Shown: positions 27,989-38,410 of the stretch, piece by piece | Layout of the letters: every line of letters begins with the position of its first letter | How positions within the stretch are numbered: position 1 is the first letter of the stretch | Translations under genes and position numbers: made by a program | Assembly (NCBI GenBank): GCA_038065615.1 | Contig: JBBTQQ010000005.1 | Coordinates: 7,984-71,983, forward strand | Direction of reading: 5' to 3' | DNA from: Patescibacteria group bacterium | Lineage (GTDB): Bacteria; Patescibacteriota; Doudnabacteria; UBA920; VMFF01 | Length of the DNA stretch: 64,000 nt | The notes under the pieces: model-generated | The model's input: the letters and a program-made list of their open reading frames with translations, nothing else | Told to the model about the DNA's origin: nothing | Database searches by the model: none

Positions 27989-28426
27989 ATGTTAAAAGAA
28001 CAAATTGACGCAGACTTAAAAGCAGCAATGATCGCAAAAGACCAGACAACACTGGATACTTTAAGAATGCTTAGAGCACGCATCAAAAACGAAGAAATAG
28101 CTAAGGGAAAAGATTCCACAGACGAAGATATTATCTCAGTCCTCGGTTCTGAAGTTAAAAAAAGAAAAGACTCAGTGACCGCGTACACACAAGGGAACAG
28201 ACCAGAGCTAGCAGAAAAAGAACAAAGCGAAATCACAGTTCTACAAAAATATTTACCAGCTCAGCTTTCAGAACAAGAAGTAACACAGATCATAACAGAA
28301 GCATTAGCAGGGCAAACATTCCAAGCTTCTGAGTTTGGTAAGGCCATGGCTTTAGTAATGCCTAAGTTAAAAGGTAAAGCCGACGGTTCTTTAATTTCAA
28401 AAATCTTGAAAGAAAAGCTTAGTTAA
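27989..28426 (+). CDS. GatB/YqeY domain protein
   Basis: 145 aa, LKEQIDADLKAAM...typical YqeY; classic neighbour of rpsU. Confidence 0.8.
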   Translation: MLKEQIDADLKAAMIAKDQTTLDTLRMLRARIKNEEIAKGKDSTDEDIISVLGSEVKKRKDSVTAYTQGNRPELAEKEQSEITVLQKYLPAQLSEQEVTQIITEALAGQTFQASEFGKAMALVMPKLKGKADGSLISKILKEKLS

Positions 28427-28435
28427 AAAAAACAA

Positions 28436-29680
28436 ATGCCACAACAACAATATCTTGTAGGTTTGGATATAGGGTCATCATACGTTAGAGTAGTTGTCGG
28501 AAAGATTGATGAAGAATCCAAAGTTCCAAGCATCATCGGAGTAAGCGAAACACCATCTTCTGGAATCAGAAAGGGAGTTATCATTGACATTGATGAAGCT
28601 GTTTCAACAATTTCTCAAGCACTTGAAAAAGTTGAACGCATGACAGGTATTGCTGTTACCGAGGCAACAGTAGCAATTGGTGGAGCACATATCTCATCAG
28701 TTGAATCACATGGAGTCATTGCAGTTTCCAGAGCTGATGGTGAGATCATGGAAAATGACATCATAAGAGTGATAGACGCTTCACAAGCGATTTCAATTCC
28801 AGCGAACAGGGAAATAATACACGTCATACCTAAAAATTTTGTTGTTGACGGACAAACAGGAATAAAAGATCCGCTCGGTATGACAGGTATTCGTTTAGAA
28901 GTTGATACAGTCATAGTTCAGGCAGCAGCACCATTCATAAAAAACTTAACTAAAGCAATACAGCAAGCTGGTATAAAGATAAACGACATGGTTTTAGCAC
29001 CTCTTGCCGCAGCTCAAGCAGTACTAACAAAGCGCCAAAAAGAACTTGGCGTTGCTTTAGTAGATTTGGGCGGTGGCACGACAGGTTTAGTTGTTTTTGA
29101 AGAAGGACAACTCTTGCACACATCAGTTGTTCCTGTTGGTTCAGCACATATTACAAACGACATTGCGATTGGCCTCAGAACTTCAATCGAAACAGCAGAG
29201 AAAGTTAAACAAAGATATGCTCATGCAATACCAAGAGAAGTAAACAGAAGCGAAGAAATAGATCTTTCTGAGATTGATTCATCTGAAGAAGAGCGTGTTT
29301 CAAGACACCATGTTGCTGAAATATCAGAAGCTCGCCTTGAAGAAATCTTTGATCTAGTAAACAAAGAATTAAAGACCATAAATAGAGACGGACAACTGCC
29401 GGCCGGGGTTGTTTTCACAGGGGCTGGCGCAAATCTTCCGGGCATACTAGAATTAGCTAAAAAGCAGCTTCGATTACCAGTACAACTTGGAGTTCCCGCA
29501 AACGTAAATACAATCATTGACCGGGTGGAGGACCCTGCATACGCAACAGCAGTGGGTCTAGTTCTTTGGGCTTTTGAATACCATCATGGTAGTGCTAAAG
29601 CACCAAAGTTTGGATTTGATATATTACAGAATGCAAAATTGGATCCTCTAAAAAAGCTGTTTAAGAAGTTTTTGCCATAA
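28436..29680 (+). CDS. ftsA: cell division protein FtsA
   Basis: Actin-fold motifs VGLDIGSS and DLGGGTT; upstream of ftsZ. Confidence 0.9.
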   Translation: MPQQQYLVGLDIGSSYVRVVVGKIDEESKVPSIIGVSETPSSGIRKGVIIDIDEAVSTISQALEKVERMTGIAVTEATVAIGGAHISSVESHGVIAVSRADGEIMENDIIRVIDASQAISIPANREIIHVIPKNFVVDGQTGIKDPLGMTGIRLEVDTVIVQAAAPFIKNLTKAIQQAGIKINDMVLAPLAAAQAVLTKRQKELGVALVDLGGGTTGLVVFEEGQLLHTSVVPVGSAHITNDIAIGLRTSIETAEKVKQRYAHAIPREVNRSEEIDLSEIDSSEEERVSRHHVAEISEARLEEIFDLVNKELKTINRDGQLPAGVVFTGAGANLPGILELAKKQLRLPVQLGVPANVNTIIDRVEDPAYATAVGLVLWAFEYHHGSAKAPKFGFDILQNAKLDPLKKLFKKFLP

Positions 29681-30957
29681 TGAAAAAGAATTTAAACAAG
29701 AAAAAGATGCAAGTTAAACCTAAAATTGAGACCTACGCCAGAATCAAAGTGTTAGGTGTTGGTGGTTCAGGCACAAATGCAATTCACCGAATGATGGAAC
29801 TTGGTATTAATGGTGTTGAGTTCATTGCTATAAACACAGACGCGCAGGCATTACACAATTCCAAAGCTGATAAAAAAGTTCACATCGGAAGAACAATCAC
29901 AAGAGGTCTTGGTGCTGGAATGAATCCAGACCAAGGAAGACAAGCAGCGGAAGAATCACACGATGATATATTTGAAGCTATTGAAAATGCTGACATGGTT
30001 TTCATTACTTGTGGTTTAGGTGGAGGAACAGGAACAGGTGCAGCACCAATCATTGCAGAGCTAGCCAAAGAACACGGCGTCTTAACAGTTGCTGTTGTTA
30101 CAAAACCTTTTGCATTTGAAGGAACAAAAAGAAGAGACGTTGCAGAAGAAGGCTACTCAAATCTAAAAGACAAAGTTGACGCAATAATCTCAATTTCAAA
30201 CGATCGAATCTTACAGATCATCGACAAAAAAACATCCTTAATAGATGCTTTCAAAACAGTTGATGATGTACTAAGACAAGGTATACAAGGAATCTCCGAT
30301 TTAATTACAACACACGGTATTGTTAACGCTGACTTTGCGGATGTTAGAACAATAATGCAAGATGCTGGTACTGCTTTAATGGGTATTGGCAGAGCATCTG
30401 GTGAAGGCAGAGCAATCGAAGCCGCAAGAAACGCAATTAATTCGCCATTATTAGAATTAGCAATCGATGGTGCTAAAGGAGTCTTGTTTAATATCACAGG
30501 TGGAACCAACCTTGGAATGTTTGAAATTGATGAAGCAGCTAAGATCATTACAAAGAGCGTTGATCCTGAAGCAAAAATCAAATTCGGCGCAGTTATTAAC
30601 GAAGACATGACTGATGAAGTTCAGATTACAGTCATTGCAACAGGTTTTGATGAGATGCAAAGAAAACCAAGCACAATTCGTTTGTCAGAAATTGATGAAC
30701 AGCTCGGTGGTGGTATGAGAGAATTTAGAAAAATGGATGATATTAAAAGAGAAGACATCTTTAAAAAAGTAGAAAAGCACGAAGAACCAAAAATTGAACC
30801 AAAAAAAGTAGAAGAACCAAGAGTGGTTCAAGAAAAACAAGTTCTTCCAGAAGCGAGAGAAGTTAGGAAACCATTTTTTTCAGGAACAGCGCCAGTCGTT
30901 GATGAAGAAACAGATGAGTTAGACATTCCTGCGTTCATCAGAAAAAAAATGAAGTAA
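29680..30957 (+). CDS. ftsZ: cell division GTPase FtsZ
   Basis: GVGGSGTNA tubulin signature, T7 loop, disordered C-terminal tail with conserved DIPAFIRKK peptide. Confidence 0.95.
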   Translation: MKKNLNKKKMQVKPKIETYARIKVLGVGGSGTNAIHRMMELGINGVEFIAINTDAQALHNSKADKKVHIGRTITRGLGAGMNPDQGRQAAEESHDDIFEAIENADMVFITCGLGGGTGTGAAPIIAELAKEHGVLTVAVVTKPFAFEGTKRRDVAEEGYSNLKDKVDAIISISNDRILQIIDKKTSLIDAFKTVDDVLRQGIQGISDLITTHGIVNADFADVRTIMQDAGTALMGIGRASGEGRAIEAARNAINSPLLELAIDGAKGVLFNITGGTNLGMFEIDEAAKIITKSVDPEAKIKFGAVINEDMTDEVQITVIATGFDEMQRKPSTIRLSEIDEQLGGGMREFRKMDDIKREDIFKKVEKHEEPKIEPKKVEEPRVVQEKQVLPEAREVRKPFFSGTAPVVDEETDELDIPAFIRKKMK

Positions 30958-31008
30958 AAACTCTAGACAAGAACGAAATTTTGTGATATAATAGATATGT
31001 AAAGTTAG

Positions 31009-31036
31009 AAACTCTAAGAAAACCTTAGAGTTTTTG
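31009..31036 (+). terminator. rho-independent terminator after ftsZ
   Basis: AAACTCTAAGaaaaCCTTAGAGTTTTT. Confidence 0.55.
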
Positions 31037-31086
31037 ATTGGTCGATTACCGATCCTTTGTTCCCAAAGATCTAGTGAATAAAGGGT

Positions 31087-31503
31087 ATGAAACAAAAACA
31101 AAAAAGAAAAATGAAAACAAAGACTAAAGTCTATCAATCAGACGCGCACATTATTATGCCGTTGTTAGTTGTTGCTTTAGCAGCAAACCTTTTCTTGTTT
31201 GCTGTATCATATAGCAACGCATCTTTTTACGGCGAGGAGCGCGCATTCCCTGACTTCTTTGGTCCTGCTCAAATTTCACAGAATTTAGACCAGGTCATAA
31301 ACAAAGTGGTTTTTAATGTTCAAGATTCCTTAAACTTTGTTGCTACCGAAATAAAGCCAGCGGTAGTTGCATTTATGGGACTTGATGGATATCACTATGG
31401 TTCATCAAGACAAACTGCTTTAGCACCACAAGTGCAGAGTTACACTCAAGGAGCAGTACTTGGTGCCGTATATTACAACCCAGCATATTTTGTTGGACAA
31501 TAG
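31087..31503 (+). CDS. hypothetical membrane-anchored protein
   Basis: 138 aa, basic N-term then one TM helix. Confidence 0.4.
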   Translation: MKQKQKRKMKTKTKVYQSDAHIIMPLLVVALAANLFLFAVSYSNASFYGEERAFPDFFGPAQISQNLDQVINKVVFNVQDSLNFVATEIKPAVVAFMGLDGYHYGSSRQTALAPQVQSYTQGAVLGAVYYNPAYFVGQ

Positions 31504-31728
31504 AGAGTAGATGATCTGCGCGATGGGAGCTCGGATCGAATCTAGACGGAGGGTGCAGGGATAATTTTAAGCAACAATTCAAAACAAAGAACGCAACGGA
31601 CTTCTACGCAAACCGAGGCGTTTTTTGTTTGTCCAAAGGATTTGGCAAAACCCGTACCTTATGTTAATTTTATATGTCGCGGTACATGCCGTGATACAAG
31701 TAGGTTCACAGTCTGACACGGAGGACTC

Positions 31729-32445
31729 TTGGACAAACTGATGTTGCTTAACCGTATGGTGTTGGCTCTTGACGATATGGAACCGGATCAGATCGGTGAG
31801 CTGATCGCTGCACTTGCTCACAATGATCTTCTTCCATGGTCGTTCAAGGTCAACGATCGTTGGGTCGAGAGTGGAAAGCAGACGGTACCGATGTTGCGTC
31901 TTGCGGCCGGCGGTGCTCACGTCAGGGTGCTCGCAGACCTGAAGCTCAGCGACACCCCCAAGACCATGAGCGCAAGCGCGAGGCGGGTGCGCGAGGCGGG
32001 TGCAGTTGCACTCACAATCCATGCCAGCTGCGGCCTTGATTCCATCAAGGCTGCGCTTGAGCACGGTCCAGCGGAGATCATTGCTGTGACCTTGCTCACC
32101 TCGATCAATCGGATGAACTGCCTGGCGCTCTACGGGCGTGAGCCGATTGAGCAGGTCAAGATCTTTGCCAAATACGCGCTCGAGAGCGGGGTTGGCAATC
32201 TGGTCTGCTCCGGGGAAGAAGTCGCGACGCTTCACGAGATGTACCCTGGCATCGGTCTGCTGGTTCCCGGTGTTCGTATGCCGGGTAGCGACCTTCGGGG
32301 TCAGAAGCGCATCACTACGCCATGGGATGCTTTCAACAACGGTGCAACGCGCATCGTTGTCGGAAGCGAAGTCACGATGGCGAAGGACCCAGTGGCTACG
32401 TTCGAGAATCTGCTCGCGGAAACTGAGAAGCACGTGGAGTTCTGA
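31729..32445 (+). CDS. pyrF: orotidine 5'-phosphate decarboxylase (type 1), high-GC
   Basis: VLALDD N-terminal motif, catalytic DLKLSDTPKT (DxKxxD) and C-terminal RIVVGSEVTMAKDP phosphate-binding motif. Confidence 0.75.
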   Translation: MDKLMLLNRMVLALDDMEPDQIGELIAALAHNDLLPWSFKVNDRWVESGKQTVPMLRLAAGGAHVRVLADLKLSDTPKTMSASARRVREAGAVALTIHASCGLDSIKAALEHGPAEIIAVTLLTSINRMNCLALYGREPIEQVKIFAKYALESGVGNLVCSGEEVATLHEMYPGIGLLVPGVRMPGSDLRGQKRITTPWDAFNNGATRIVVGSEVTMAKDPVATFENLLAETEKHVEF

Positions 32446-32465
32446 CACCAACCGGAGGAGGAAGG

Positions 32466-33161
32466 ATGATAGTAACTGGGGGAAGGTGGCAGAACGAAGC
32501 TGTGACAAGCTTCCTAGACTCCCTCTGGGCCTTTGGCGCCATCATGGGCGTCGACAAGTCGCCAGAGGGCAAGGGGTTTCGGCTTGCGCTTCACGAGCGT
32601 AACCCAGATGCCCCACTCTCGCCGTTCTACTTCAACCTGCGGCGGGTCCAGTCGCACCCGGCGACCCTGTACATGGCAGCACAGATGATGAGGGAGAAGA
32701 TCATCGAGGATATTGATGGTGGTGCTTTCCAACTCATCGCCGGCATTCCAACTGCCGGTACACCGTTTTCGACAGCCTTGTCCCTGCTGATGCATCGCGG
32801 ACAGGTGTCGCCGCGGATGCAGGCGAAGGGGCACGGGGTTGGTGATCTCGTGGATGGTGACTTCCATGACGGGCAGACCGTTCTGTTGGTCGACGATCTG
32901 ATCACCGAGGCTGATTCCAAGCTTCGTGCGATCGACATCCTGCAGCGCGCCGGTCTCATCGTTCAGAATATCGCCGTCCTGATCGACCGGGAACAGGGCG
33001 GCAGACAGCGGCTTGAGGCTGCTGGGTACAAGGTTCACCCCGTCTTCACGGTCACTGAAGTCTTCTCCTACTACCTGGCTGCTGGTGAATCCACCCAGTC
33101 CGCCTACGACCAGATCGTGGAGTACCTCGACCGCGAAGCCGAGAAGCACGCGAACCAGTAA
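32466..33161 (+). CDS. pyrE: orotate phosphoribosyltransferase, high-GC
   Basis: SPFYFN and VLLVDDLITEADSKLRAIDILQRAGLIVQNIAVLIDREQGG align closely with E. coli PyrE PRPP-binding region; GGAGGAGG RBS. Confidence 0.8.
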   Translation: MIVTGGRWQNEAVTSFLDSLWAFGAIMGVDKSPEGKGFRLALHERNPDAPLSPFYFNLRRVQSHPATLYMAAQMMREKIIEDIDGGAFQLIAGIPTAGTPFSTALSLLMHRGQVSPRMQAKGHGVGDLVDGDFHDGQTVLLVDDLITEADSKLRAIDILQRAGLIVQNIAVLIDREQGGRQRLEAAGYKVHPVFTVTEVFSYYLAAGESTQSAYDQIVEYLDREAEKHANQ

Positions 33162-33220
33162 CAAACAATCGACAAGAGGAAAAACCGTCCCTGGAGGAGG
33201 ACGGATGAAAGAAACAGGCT

Positions 33221-33262
33221 ATGGCTCTGGTGCAGATTTTGTACCAGAGCCTGCTGTTTTTT
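33221..33262 (+). terminator. terminator closing the pyrFE island
   Basis: GGCTCTGGT...ACCAGAGCC stem then TGCTGTTTTTT. Confidence 0.55.
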
Positions 33263-33325
33263 AGTGATTGTGGATAAACTTGATTTAGTTGTTTAAAAAG
33301 GTTGAAATTATTGGATTTTTGATAT

Positions 33326-33382
33326 ATTTGCCTACCACAACATATGGTGCTAAGATGTTTTTAGGAACACAAGATATAGTGT
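33326..33382 (+). promoter_or_regulatory. pair of NrdR boxes
   Basis: CACAACATATGGTG (33326-33339) and ACACAAGATATAGTGT (33367-33382) match the NrdR box consensus acaCwAtATaTwGtgt; centres about 42 bp apart; upstream of nrdR-nrdJ. Confidence 0.55.
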
Positions 33383-33501
33383 CCTGAAACAAAGACAAAA
33401 GCACATTCTTAATGTTCCCCGGTTTGTTTTTAACCTTATTTGGAGCTAAGGGCTAGTTATCATCGGCTCAAAAAAGGAAATATTACCTAAATTTTAAGAC
33501 C

Positions 33502-33945
33502 ATGCGCTGCCTAAACTGCAATCACGAAGACACAAAAGTTATTGACTCCCGCGTTGCTGGAGATGGTGTTGCAATTCGCCGCAGAAGAGAATGTAATTCC
33601 TGTGGTTTTCGTTTTTCTACATACGAAGAAGTTGAAATTTTAGATCTAACAGTTGTAAAAAGAGATGGAGTTAAAGAACTCTACTCTAGAGACAAACTAG
33701 AGCGGGGAATTAGGAGGGCATTTGAAAAAAGACCAGTCTCAGAAGAAAACTTCAAGAAACTAATATCACAGATTGAGCAGGAGATACAAAAAGTTGCAGA
33801 TCCGGAAATAACGACAGAGCAAATTGGAGACATAGTCATGAAAAAGATTAAAAAGGTCGACAAGGTTGCTTACGTAAGATTCGCATCAGTATACAAACAG
33901 TTTGAAGACATTGAAGAATTCAAAGCAGAACTGCAAAAACTTTAA
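33502..33945 (+). CDS. nrdR: transcriptional repressor NrdR
   Basis: N-terminal CxxC...CxxC zinc ribbon (MRCLNCNH...CNSCGFRF) plus ATP-cone. Confidence 0.9.
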   Translation: MRCLNCNHEDTKVIDSRVAGDGVAIRRRRECNSCGFRFSTYEEVEILDLTVVKRDGVKELYSRDKLERGIRRAFEKRPVSEENFKKLISQIEQEIQKVADPEITTEQIGDIVMKKIKKVDKVAYVRFASVYKQFEDIEEFKAELQKL

Positions 33946-33974
33946 TAACCAATAACAGAAAACAATTAAAAACC

Positions 33975-36900
33975 ATGAGTGAAAACTTACAAATCAGAAC
34001 CAAGAACGCACTATCCGAACTCGGAGAAAAAATCTTTCTAGATCGTTATGCAGTTAAAGATGCTAAAAAAGAAACATTGGCAGTAGGAGATACTGTTGTC
34101 ATCAATGTTAATTTAAAAACAGGACAGAGAGAAATTGGAACAGTTAAGGAAGTTGATAGGTTTAGCAAACAAGTAGAAGTAACCTTGCGCGATGGCACAG
34201 TAGAGAAACGCGCAATAGAGCATGTAGACAAACCTTTGGAAACAGTTCCTGAACAAATGTTTGAGCGCATAGCTCGTCATATTGCAAGCGTTGAGAAAAC
34301 TCCAGAAAAACAAAATGAATGGCAGGGGAAATTTAGAGAACTAATGGATGACTGGAAATATGTTCCAGCAGGAAGAATCTTTACTGGTGCAGGAACCGGT
34401 CAAAACCTAACTTTTTACAACTGCTATGTCATACCATGTCCTCAGGATTCTCGTGGTGGTATTTTTGACACACTCAGACAAATGGCAGAAATCATGTCCC
34501 GAGGGGGCGGTGTTGGTATAAACGTATCTACGTTGAGACCAAGATACGCATATGTTAAAGGTGTTAATGGAAGATCTTCTGGTTCTGTTTCTTGGGCTTC
34601 TTTGTATAGCTTTGTTACGGGTTTAATTGAACAGGGTGGTTGTTTTGGACCGAATGAAAGAATTGCAACCAATGTTGGTTTGGTTCCTGCAAAAGAATTG
34701 GCTGACCGTATTGAAGCAGGAGAAGCAATATACGCCCAAACCCATAAAGGTATGCGTCGAATAACAGCTAAATTCAGAAATGGCGTGAAAGAACTTTATG
34801 AAGTAACAACTGAGCGTGGATTTAGCACCGAGATAACAGCAGATCATAAGGTCGCAGTACTATTAAACGGCCGAGTTGAAACAACTGCTTTAAAAAATTT
34901 GAAGCAAGGAGACGACATCTTGTTGTTGCTTGGCAATGCTACTGGTCAAAATTATGTGTCGCTTAAGAAAAGTGATTACAAGCGTTCTGTAATGAGTACG
35001 ACCTTAAATACTGATGTTCGTCTTCCTGAAATGCTCAATGAAGATTTGGCATACCTTGTTGGATATATGTTGGGTGATGGATATGTGAGTTGGGGTAAAA
35101 AAGTAAATTGGTCTGCTCCTAAAGCTGTTAAAATGGCAACCGCCGATACATACCCTGAAATTCGTCAGAGAATTGTTGATGCGATCCAAAATCTTTTTGG
35201 TGTTGATGCAGTAATTGAAAAAGGCGACGGTGCTTGCCAAAACGTTTCTTTGTATTCTCGCATTGTAATTGAGTGGCTCTTAGAAAATGGTTTACTCAAA
35301 TCTAAAGCAAAAGATATTCGTGTGCCAGAAAGCATTTTTCGCTCACCGACCAGCGTGACTGGGTCATTCATAGCCGGGTATTTTGACGCTGACGGTTGCA
35401 ACCGTGGAGCAAAGGGTGGTTATGGTATTGACAGCATAAGTCGTGAAATGCTCACAGACGTGCAACAGCTTTTAGCTGCAAACGGTGTCTTGTCTGCTAT
35501 TCGTGCAACTGATCGAACAGAACAAGGTTGGCAAACAATCTATCGTTTAAGTGTTGCTGGAAATCAATTTAAAGAGCGTTTTGCAGATTTGGTTTCTACT
35601 GCCAAGCGTTCTGACTTCAATGGCAAGCGCGATATGTTTAATACTTACCCGTCAGAAATTTTAGCTGCTGTCGGTGTGCGTAGCAAGGACCGTCAGGGAA
35701 TCTATGATGGCACATCTCCGCAGGTTTCTTTTAATCAACTTGTACACATCCAAAAACGTTTGAATACTGTCGAACAATATTCTGCCGCCCAATATCTTGA
35801 TGACATCATGCACACCATTCCTGACACGATTACCGCAATCAAATCGGTTGGTAAAAGCGATGTTTATGACTTTGAGGTTGAAGATGTCCATTTGCTCAGT
35901 GGTGGTGGTGTTTACACTTCAAACAGCAGAAGAGGCGCTTTAATGCTCATTCTAAACGTTTGGCATCCTGATATTGTTGATTTCATCAATGCGAAGAGAG
36001 AAGCTGGAAAAATAACTAACGCGAATATTTCTGTTGGTATTACTGATGATTTCATGGAAGCTGTTAAAAATGATGCTGATTGGGATTTAGTTTTCCCAGA
36101 CACATCAGATCCTTTGTACCAAGCAGAGTGGGCTAATACACAAGGTGATATTAAAGCATGGCAAAAACTTGGTGGTAAAGTCGTTGTTCATAAAACAATG
36201 AAAGCAAAAGAAATCTGGGATCAAATCATTTCCTCAGCATGGTCTTCAGCAGAACCTGGTGTTTACTTCATTGATCGCGCAAACTATCTTTCAAATTCTT
36301 ACTACTACGCAGCATTGCCTTGTACCAATCCTTGTGGTGAACAACCACTTCCTGCTTGGGGTGTTTGTAACCTAGGACATGTTAATCTTGCAAAACATCT
36401 TTCAAACAATGAAGTTGATTGGCAGAAATTAAAAGAAACAGTAAAGTATGCAGTTCGTTTCCAGGACAATGTCATAGATGCAACACCATACTTTTTTGAT
36501 GAGAACTTCAAACAACAAATGTCTGAAAGAAGAGTTGGCATGGGAACAATCGGACTCGCAGAGATGTTAATTAAATTAAGAATTAGATATGGAAGTGATG
36601 AAGCAATTCAATTCATCGACAAGCTCTATCAATTCATTGCAGTTACATCTTACGAAACATCAGTAGAAATCGCTCGTGAAAAAGGATCTTTCCCTCAATT
36701 TGATGCTGAAAAATTCTTAGAAAGCGGATACATGAAAGCAATGCCTGAATATATTCGTTCATTAGTCAGACAGTATGGTGTCAGAAACGTAACAATAATG
36801 ACTCAGGCACCAACTGGAACAATCGGAACAATGGTTGGAACATCAACAGGAATTGAACCATTCTTCTCATGGACATACTTTAGAAAGAGCAGACTTGGTG

Positions 36901-37931
36901 TTCATGAAGAAAAGATTAAACTAGCTCAAGACTGGTTGGATCAAAATCCAGGACAAGAACTTCCAGAATACTTTGTTACTGCAATGAGCCTTGCTCCTGA
37001 AGACCACGTTAGAGTTCAGGCAGCAGTTCAACGTTGGACAGACTCAGCAATTTCAAAGACCTGTAATGCCCCTTCAAACTACACTGTAGAAGACACTAAA
37101 AAGCTATACCAGATGATGTATGACCTTGGTTGCAAAGGTGGAACCATTTACCGTGATGGTTCAAGAGATGAACAAATCTTAGCAACAGATGCAAAGAACC
37201 TTGGTAAAGATGTTCAGGAACAACTAGAGGCAAAAGCAAAGATTGAAACACAAGTAACTCAAATTGTTCAAGAAGGACAAGATCTCTTACAAATTGGTGA
37301 CCACAAGTTCTTGGTTAAAAAACTCATTCAAAACGGAACTAAATTTGAAGTTGTACCAAGGGAACGTCCAATTGAGATGCAAGGAACAACATACAAATTA
37401 AATACGCCGTATGGTTCGCTCTTTGTAACCATAAACGAAGATGAGCATGGACCATTTGAAGTCTTTGCACAGCTTGGTAAAGCTGGTGGTTTTTTCGCAG
37501 CTCAATCAGAAGCTCTATGCAGAATGATTTCCTTAAGTTTAAGATCAGGCGTTGCTGTAGAGGAAATAATCAAACAGTTGAAGGGAATTAGAAGTACTGA
37601 GGTTGCATTTAACCAAGGCGAGATAATTTATTCATTGCCTGATGGTATTGCAAAGACCATGGAAAAGCACATCAATCGCAAACAGCAAAGCTTACAACTC
37701 CAATTCAAACAAGCAGAACCAGCAAAACTCGATTTAAAAGAAGAAGTCAAAATGACAGTTTCAGAAGGACCGGTAGAAGTAAGTTCTGTTGCGGAGTTTC
37801 AGCCTAAACAACAAAAGGTTTCAATGGCAGACTATGGTCATGCGCCGGTTTGTCCAGATTGTTCTTCAATGCTTGTTATGGCAGAGGGATGTATGAAATG
37901 TGATGTCTGCGGATATTCTAAGTGCGGTTAA
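33975..37931 (+). CDS. nrdJ: class II (adenosylcobalamin-dependent) ribonucleotide reductase NrdJ, interrupted by an in-frame intein
   Basis: NPCGEQPLPAWGVCNLGHVNL active-site region, SRRGALM motif, C-terminal Cys-rich zinc ribbon; 1318 aa vs about 700-900 expected, difference explained by the intein. Confidence 0.9.
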   Translation: MSENLQIRTKNALSELGEKIFLDRYAVKDAKKETLAVGDTVVINVNLKTGQREIGTVKEVDRFSKQVEVTLRDGTVEKRAIEHVDKPLETVPEQMFERIARHIASVEKTPEKQNEWQGKFRELMDDWKYVPAGRIFTGAGTGQNLTFYNCYVIPCPQDSRGGIFDTLRQMAEIMSRGGGVGINVSTLRPRYAYVKGVNGRSSGSVSWASLYSFVTGLIEQGGCFGPNERIATNVGLVPAKELADRIEAGEAIYAQTHKGMRRITAKFRNGVKELYEVTTERGFSTEITADHKVAVLLNGRVETTALKNLKQGDDILLLLGNATGQNYVSLKKSDYKRSVMSTTLNTDVRLPEMLNEDLAYLVGYMLGDGYVSWGKKVNWSAPKAVKMATADTYPEIRQRIVDAIQNLFGVDAVIEKGDGACQNVSLYSRIVIEWLLENGLLKSKAKDIRVPESIFRSPTSVTGSFIAGYFDADGCNRGAKGGYGIDSISREMLTDVQQLLAANGVLSAIRATDRTEQGWQTIYRLSVAGNQFKERFADLVSTAKRSDFNGKRDMFNTYPSEILAAVGVRSKDRQGIYDGTSPQVSFNQLVHIQKRLNTVEQYSAAQYLDDIMHTIPDTITAIKSVGKSDVYDFEVEDVHLLSGGGVYTSNSRRGALMLILNVWHPDIVDFINAKREAGKITNANISVGITDDFMEAVKNDADWDLVFPDTSDPLYQAEWANTQGDIKAWQKLGGKVVVHKTMKAKEIWDQIISSAWSSAEPGVYFIDRANYLSNSYYYAALPCTNPCGEQPLPAWGVCNLGHVNLAKHLSNNEVDWQKLKETVKYAVRFQDNVIDATPYFFDENFKQQMSERRVGMGTIGLAEMLIKLRIRYGSDEAIQFIDKLYQFIAVTSYETSVEIAREKGSFPQFDAEKFLESGYMKAMPEYIRSLVRQYGVRNVTIMTQAPTGTIGTMVGTSTGIEPFFSWTYFRKSRLGVHEEKIKLAQDWLDQNPGQELPEYFVTAMSLAPEDHVRVQAAVQRWTDSAISKTCNAPSNYTVEDTKKLYQMMYDLGCKGGTIYRDGSRDEQILATDAKNLGKDVQEQLEAKAKIETQVTQIVQEGQDLLQIGDHKFLVKKLIQNGTKFEVVPRERPIEMQGTTYKLNTPYGSLFVTINEDEHGPFEVFAQLGKAGGFFAAQSEALCRMISLSLRSGVAVEEIIKQLKGIRSTEVAFNQGEIIYSLPDGIAKTMEKHINRKQQSLQLQFKQAEPAKLDLKEEVKMTVSEGPVEVSSVAEFQPKQQKVSMADYGHAPVCPDCSSMLVMAEGCMKCDVCGYSKCG
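34641..35924 (+). mobile_element. intein with LAGLIDADG homing-endonuclease domain inside nrdJ
   Basis: Starts with Cys (CFGPNERIATNVGLV), two LAGLIDADG motifs (LAYLVGYMLGDGYV, FIAGYFDADGC), ends ...VYTSN followed by Ser; spliced junction would read LIEQGG-SRRGALM. Confidence 0.75.
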
Positions 37932-37980
37932 TTAAAGAACTTAAAGAAATCGCCTTAGAGGCGATTTTCTTTTTACTAAA

Positions 37981-38232
37981 ATGATCCTAAAAGTAAAAGC
38001 TCATCCTAAATCTAAAAAAAGAATGCTCAAGAAAATTTCCAATACTGAAGTCGAAGTTTGGATTCATGAAGAACCAATAGAAGGGAAGGCTAACAAAGCA
38101 ATCATAGAGCTTTTGTCTGAAGAACTAGAAATCCCTAAGAGTTTGATTAGTATAAAGTCGGGGAGCGCTTCTAAACAAAAAAGCTTTGAGATACAAGGCA
38201 AGCCCAAAATGCCAAGAGACTTGTTTGGGTAA
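37981..38232 (+). CDS. DUF167/YggU-family protein
   Basis: 83 aa; EGKANKAIIELLSEEL pattern of UPF0235. Confidence 0.6.
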   Translation: MILKVKAHPKSKKRMLKKISNTEVEVWIHEEPIEGKANKAIIELLSEELEIPKSLISIKSGSASKQKSFEIQGKPKMPRDLFG

Positions 38233-38340
38233 TCAAAAGCCCCGATTGCTCGGGGCTAGAGAATTTACACGAGTTCTTAGGGAACGTAGACCTAACAAAG
38301 ACAATGTAGCAAAACAATTGTAGAACGTCAATATTTTGGT

Positions 38341-38410
38341 GGACCCCAGGGGAATCGAACCCCGCGTGTAAAATGTTAGGTCTACACTGTTCACCTGAAG
38401 CTTTTAGGCC
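38341..38410 (-). other. tRNA-like element (T-arm GGTTCGATTCC plus acceptor 3' strand and CCA) lacking a foldable 5' half; followed on the minus strand by its own terminator at 38226-38250
   Basis: Reverse complement ends ...ACACGCGGGGTTCGATTCCCCTGGGGTCCACCA; no complementary 5' acceptor strand or 7-nt anticodon loop could be found. Confidence 0.3.
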
